Position numbers and translations under genes: made by a program
Virus record (IMG/VR): IMGVR_UViG_3300023283_000126
Coordinates: 1-49,840 of that record
Length of the DNA stretch: 49,840 bases
Direction: 5' to 3' (one strand)
From: a virus
Lineage: Duplodnaviria > Caudoviricetes
Notes under the pieces: generated by a model
What the model saw: the letters and a program-made list of their open reading frames with translations, nothing else
Databases searched by the model: none
What the model was told of the DNA's origin: nothing
In this document: positions 47,111-49,840 of the stretch, piece after piece
How positions within the stretch are numbered: position 1 is the stretch's first letter
How the letters are laid out: every line of letters starts with the position of its first letter

Positions 47111-47395
47111 TCACTTGCCGCGCAGGGCGGCGCGGGCGGCCGCATAGCGGCGCTTGATGGCCACGGCGTCGTCGGGATCGACGTTGCCGGCAATGTCGTA
47201 CATCGCGGCTTCTAGCAGTTGGGCAATGTCATCAACGTGCCGGTCGACCATGCTACGCGCAACCTGTGCCGCATAGCTAGTGTCATCATCGAGCAAAGCG
47301 TCGGCAAGGCGCCGCGTCATCTGGCGGCGCTCGCGTAGGCGCTGCGGATCGCTCAGAACGTCTGAAGTGCGCTGTATGCGGGGATCGGGGCGCAT
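47111..47395 (-). CDS. Hypothetical protein (first early gene)
   Basis: 94-aa ORF downstream of the promoter at 47537-47565. Confidence 0.55.
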   Translation of the reverse strand: MRPDPRIQRTSDVLSDPQRLRERRQMTRRLADALLDDDTSYAAQVARSMVDRHVDDIAQLLEAAMYDIAGNVDPDDAVAIKRRYAAARAALRGK

Positions 47396-47536
47396 GGCGT
47401 TCTCTCTTGCATTGGGGTTGCGGTGGGGATCTGGCAGGGTTCGCCCCCGCCTTGTTGTCTGACCTAGCGGACCCTCGCGGGCCGTCCGGTTGAGGGTCGG
47501 GGATCTCGGGGATCTCGATTGCCTCTGTTGATCCCC

Positions 47537-47565
47537 CTTGTACCGATCCCCGCCCCGGCCGTCCA
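47537..47565 (-). promoter_or_regulatory. Putative early promoter
   Basis: TGGACG-17bp-TACAAG with an AT-rich upstream tract. Confidence 0.45.
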
Positions 47566-47588
47566 GGAAAAAATTATCACGAAAACAA

Positions 47589-48060
47589 GTAAAGGCCCGT
47601 TAACTGCCCCGCGCGCGCAGAAGAGAAGTGTCGTCGTGGCGTTAACCTTAATAAGGCGTTAACCTTAATTTGTAAGGTTACTAGGCGTTAACCTTAATTT
47701 GAAGCCTTAACGGGCGTTAACCTGAAAAGCTAGGGTAAACAAAAATTAAATATAAAATGCAAGGTAAATTTTCGTGGACCTTAACAGACATCAACCTTAA
47801 CAAATTTTAACCAAAGAAAGGGGTTGCCAGACGTTAATCAATCTGGCAGGGTTAAGCGGACATGAACAGTTAAGGAGGCGTGAATGGTTAAGGCTTCAGT
47901 AACGGTGAACGCGCGCTATGGTGAACAGACAGTAAGGTTTACGTCCTGTTAAGAATAACGGGGCGTTAACCTTACCACGCTGTTAAGGGTAACGATCTGT
48001 TAACCTTAATGCGGCGTTAACGTTACTGGGGCGTTAAGCATAACAGCCGTTAAGCGTTAA
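47589..48060. promoter_or_regulatory. AT-rich array of CtrA-type boxes (TTAA-N7-TTAA)
   Basis: Perfect TTAA-N7-TTAAC at 47648 and 48006; many one-mismatch boxes at a fixed 17- or 18-bp period. Confidence 0.75.
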
Positions 48061-48084
48061 CAGGTGGTAAGGTTAGCCCTTTTC

Positions 48085-48184
48085 AGGATTTAGAAACATA
48101 GCCCTTTCAAAATTTTCGGCGAGGATTTAGAAACCTAGCCCTTTCAAATTTCTGGGGCAGGATTTAGAGCCCTAGCCCTTTCTA
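48085..48184. repeat. 37-bp-period direct repeats (x3)
   Basis: AGGATTTAGA..C.TAGCCCTTTC at 48085, 48122 and 48159. Confidence 0.85.
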
Positions 48185-48447
48185 TTTTTCCTCATGGCCT
48201 CCGAACGCACATTGGCCGTGGCGTTATTGTCGAGCCACTCTTGGAGCGCGTTGATCGCGGCCCCATGGCCATAGCTCTCGACCTCCTCAGGATCTCGGAC
48301 GAGGCTCGCGGCCAGCTTGCGGGCCGAGTACCCATTCGCGCTACGCGCAACCTGCCAAGAGCCATCCTCGCTCTGGGTCAGGACCAGCCAGGGGTGCTTG
48401 ACCTGGATGCAGACGGCGCGGCGGGACTTCTTCGGGGCTTCTGACAT
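48172..48447 (-). CDS. Hypothetical protein (91 aa)
   Basis: MSEAPKK start with AAGGAG RBS. Confidence 0.55.
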   Translation of the reverse strand: MSEAPKKSRRAVCIQVKHPWLVLTQSEDGSWQVARSANGYSARKLAASLVRDPEEVESYGHGAAINALQEWLDNNATANVRSEAMRKNRKG

Positions 48448-48640
48448 TGGGCATCTCCTTCCTCTGGTGACACCGCCCATTATAGGGTCTCTGTCAAGCG
48501 CATGGCGAGTATGCAACTCACCGGCCCCCTATATGAGGCGCCGGCCCCTACACTGCAACTCACCGGCTCCTATGGAGCACACCTGCGGCCCCGGCCCCCA
48601 CACTGGAAGGCGCCGGCCCCTGCCCGCGCCCCGGCAAACG

Positions 48641-48664
48641 AAAAGGGGCTCCCGAAGGAGCCCC
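48641..48664 (-). terminator. Intrinsic terminator ending the replication module
   Basis: GGGGCTCC-TTCG-GGAGCCCC followed by TTTT. Confidence 0.85.
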
Positions 48665-48707
48665 TAGACGCGCACCCCGAAATCGGGGGCCAGTATGGCG
48701 GTGTGCC

Positions 48708-48911
48708 TTAGGCCGAGGTCACGGAGGTCATCTGATCGACCTTGGCCTGAAGGGCGTCAAGGATAAGCTCGGCCTCCTCAAGCTCGAGCGTCATATGCTC
48801 GGCGCCGTCACGGTACAGGCGGATGTCGCCGCTGTCGGTGTCGGAAACCGAGATGCTCGTCGAGCCGTCGTTGGCCTGGACGACGTAGTTGGCAATGAGG
48901 CTGTAGGACAT
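48708..48911 (-). CDS. Hypothetical protein (67 aa)
   Basis: MSYSLIA start with AAGGAG RBS; promoter TTGTGG-17bp-TATAGT at 48942-48970. Confidence 0.55.
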   Translation of the reverse strand: MSYSLIANYVVQANDGSTSISVSDTDSGDIRLYRDGAEHMTLELEEAELILDALQAKVDQMTSVTSA

Positions 48912-48994
48912 GGGCAGGGGTCTCCTTGTTGAGGAGGCTGCACTATACCCCGGCCCGGCCGGCCCCACAACAAGACCGTCTTCCGTGGCCGGCC

Positions 48995-49840
48995 CTATTC
49001 CGTGACGATGGTGAGCCGGTCGCTGGTCCGGGTGACGGCCGTGTACAGCCAGCGCAGGGCGCCCTCCCGGCCGAGGCGCTTGGCGAGGAGCTTCCCCTCG
49101 GGGACCACGAACACGCTGCTCCATTCGGAGCCCTGCGCCTTGTGGCAGGTGATGGCGTAGCCGTACTCGACGTGGTGGCCGAACGCCTCCTCGTAGTGGA
49201 CGTCCTTGCCCATGAGGCGCCGGGCGTCGATCACGAGACGGTGGCGCTGCGGAGCCCCGTCGAAGTCGATATGGACCACGGCGCTGTCGTCGTCCACCGC
49301 CTCGACCTCGGCGATCCGGCCGGCCTGCCCATTGAAGATCCCGTGCTCAAGGTCGGCCTCGTGCGAAACAACCTTCTCGCCCTCGACCGGGCGCCAGGAC
49401 TTCTGCTTGAGCACGCTGGAACGGTAGAGTTTGTTGATCGTCCCGCGCCGGTGGTTGGTGTAGACGATGCAGGCGGTGTCGTCGCGGCCGAGGGCGCGAA
49501 GCTGCTCGATGTCGAGCCCGCCGCACTTCTCGACGCCGGCGCTCACGCGGGTCTCGCCGCTCGTCCTGATCTGGGTGGCGTAGGCCAGGGCGGGGGCCTC
49601 GGCCGCCGTCCGCATGACCTGGGTCAGGATGACGTCACAGTCCTCCTCGCGGAAAAGCTCAGTGTCCCGCACCGGGGGAAGCTGCATGGGGTCGCCGACG
49701 AGGACGCAGTTGGTGAGGAGATGGCTGATCTTGCCCCAGAAGCGGGCGCCGATCATGGAAGCCTCGTCGATGATGACGAGGCCGCGCACTGCCTCTTCCT
49801 TGGGCGAGAAGATCCGCTTGAGTTCCTTGCGGCCGTGCTC
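48995..49840 (-). CDS. RecD/Dda-like SF1B helicase, C-terminal part
   Basis: IIDEASM, VGDPMQLPPV, LTQVMR, YAITCHKAQGSEW, WLYTAVTR. Confidence 0.9.
   Translation of the reverse strand, partial: EHGRKELKRIFSPKEEAVRGLVIIDEASMIGARFWGKISHLLTNCVLVGDPMQLPPVRDTELFREEDCDVILTQVMRTAAEAPALAYATQIRTSGETRVSAGVEKCGGLDIEQLRALGRDDTACIVYTNHRRGTINKLYRSSVLKQKSWRPVEGEKVVSHEADLEHGIFNGQAGRIAEVEAVDDDSAVVHIDFDGAPQRHRLVIDARRLMGKDVHYEEAFGHHVEYGYAITCHKAQGSEWSSVFVVPEGKLLAKRLGREGALRWLYTAVTRTSDRLTIVTE
49711..49840. repeat. Terminal direct repeat (circular assembly overlap), copy 2
   Basis: Matches 1-130. Confidence 0.95.

Noticed and set aside
47589-48184. CRISPR array or mini-array
   Set aside because: Conserved parts are 4-bp half-sites with 7-bp spacers, or 37-bp units with ~13-bp similar linkers; these do not fit CRISPR repeat/spacer sizes, and there are no cas genes
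48479-48497. Perfect TTGACA and TATAAT hexamers on the minus strand
   Set aside because: Only 7 bp apart, so they cannot form one sigma70 promoter
49711-49840. Biological terminal repeat
   Set aside because: Falls in the middle of a helicase gene and has a k-mer-like length; most simply an assembler circular overlap
1-49840. Stop-codon reassignment or tRNA genes
   Set aside because: Core genes are full length in code 11 and TAA, TAG and TGA are all used as stops; no cloverleaf spotted by eye (tRNAscan not run)

Overview
The window looks like a complete, circularly assembled ~49.7-kb tailed dsDNA phage genome. Bases 49711-49840 repeat 1-130 with one mismatch, and a RecD/Dda-like helicase reads in frame across the join. 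Essentially all genes are on the minus strand; the long plus-strand ORFs are GC-rich antisense shadows. Modules in transcription order: small early genes (47.4-43.8 kb); terminase, Mu-like portal, protease and adaptor, and capsid (41.3-30 kb); a GTA/lambda-like siphovirus tail with a -1 frameshifted chaperone (30-17.9 kb); lysis (17.2-15.9 kb); and replication/nucleotide genes (SNF2, SSB, AEP primase, UvrD, DUF5664, DnaQ, DnaE, GapR-like, nucleases, Dda-like helicase). I found no integrase, transposase or repressor. The GapR-like gene, GTA-like tail and CtrA boxes point to an alphaproteobacterial host. Most striking features: (1) a non-coding, precisely phased array of CtrA-type boxes (17- and 18-bp periods) beside the early promoter, with tandem sigma-54-type sites at the other end of the early region and a GapR homolog, suggesting a cell-cycle sensing or decoy system; (2) a single GT4-methyltransferase-GT2 fusion with its own promoter between capsid and adaptor genes, a candidate virion glycosylation enzyme; (3) a ~67-bp hairpin element duplicated as direct repeats bracketing the morphogenesis/lysis module; (4) low-GC cassettes swapped in frame inside two tail genes. 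All family assignments come from motif recognition by eye, not database searches.
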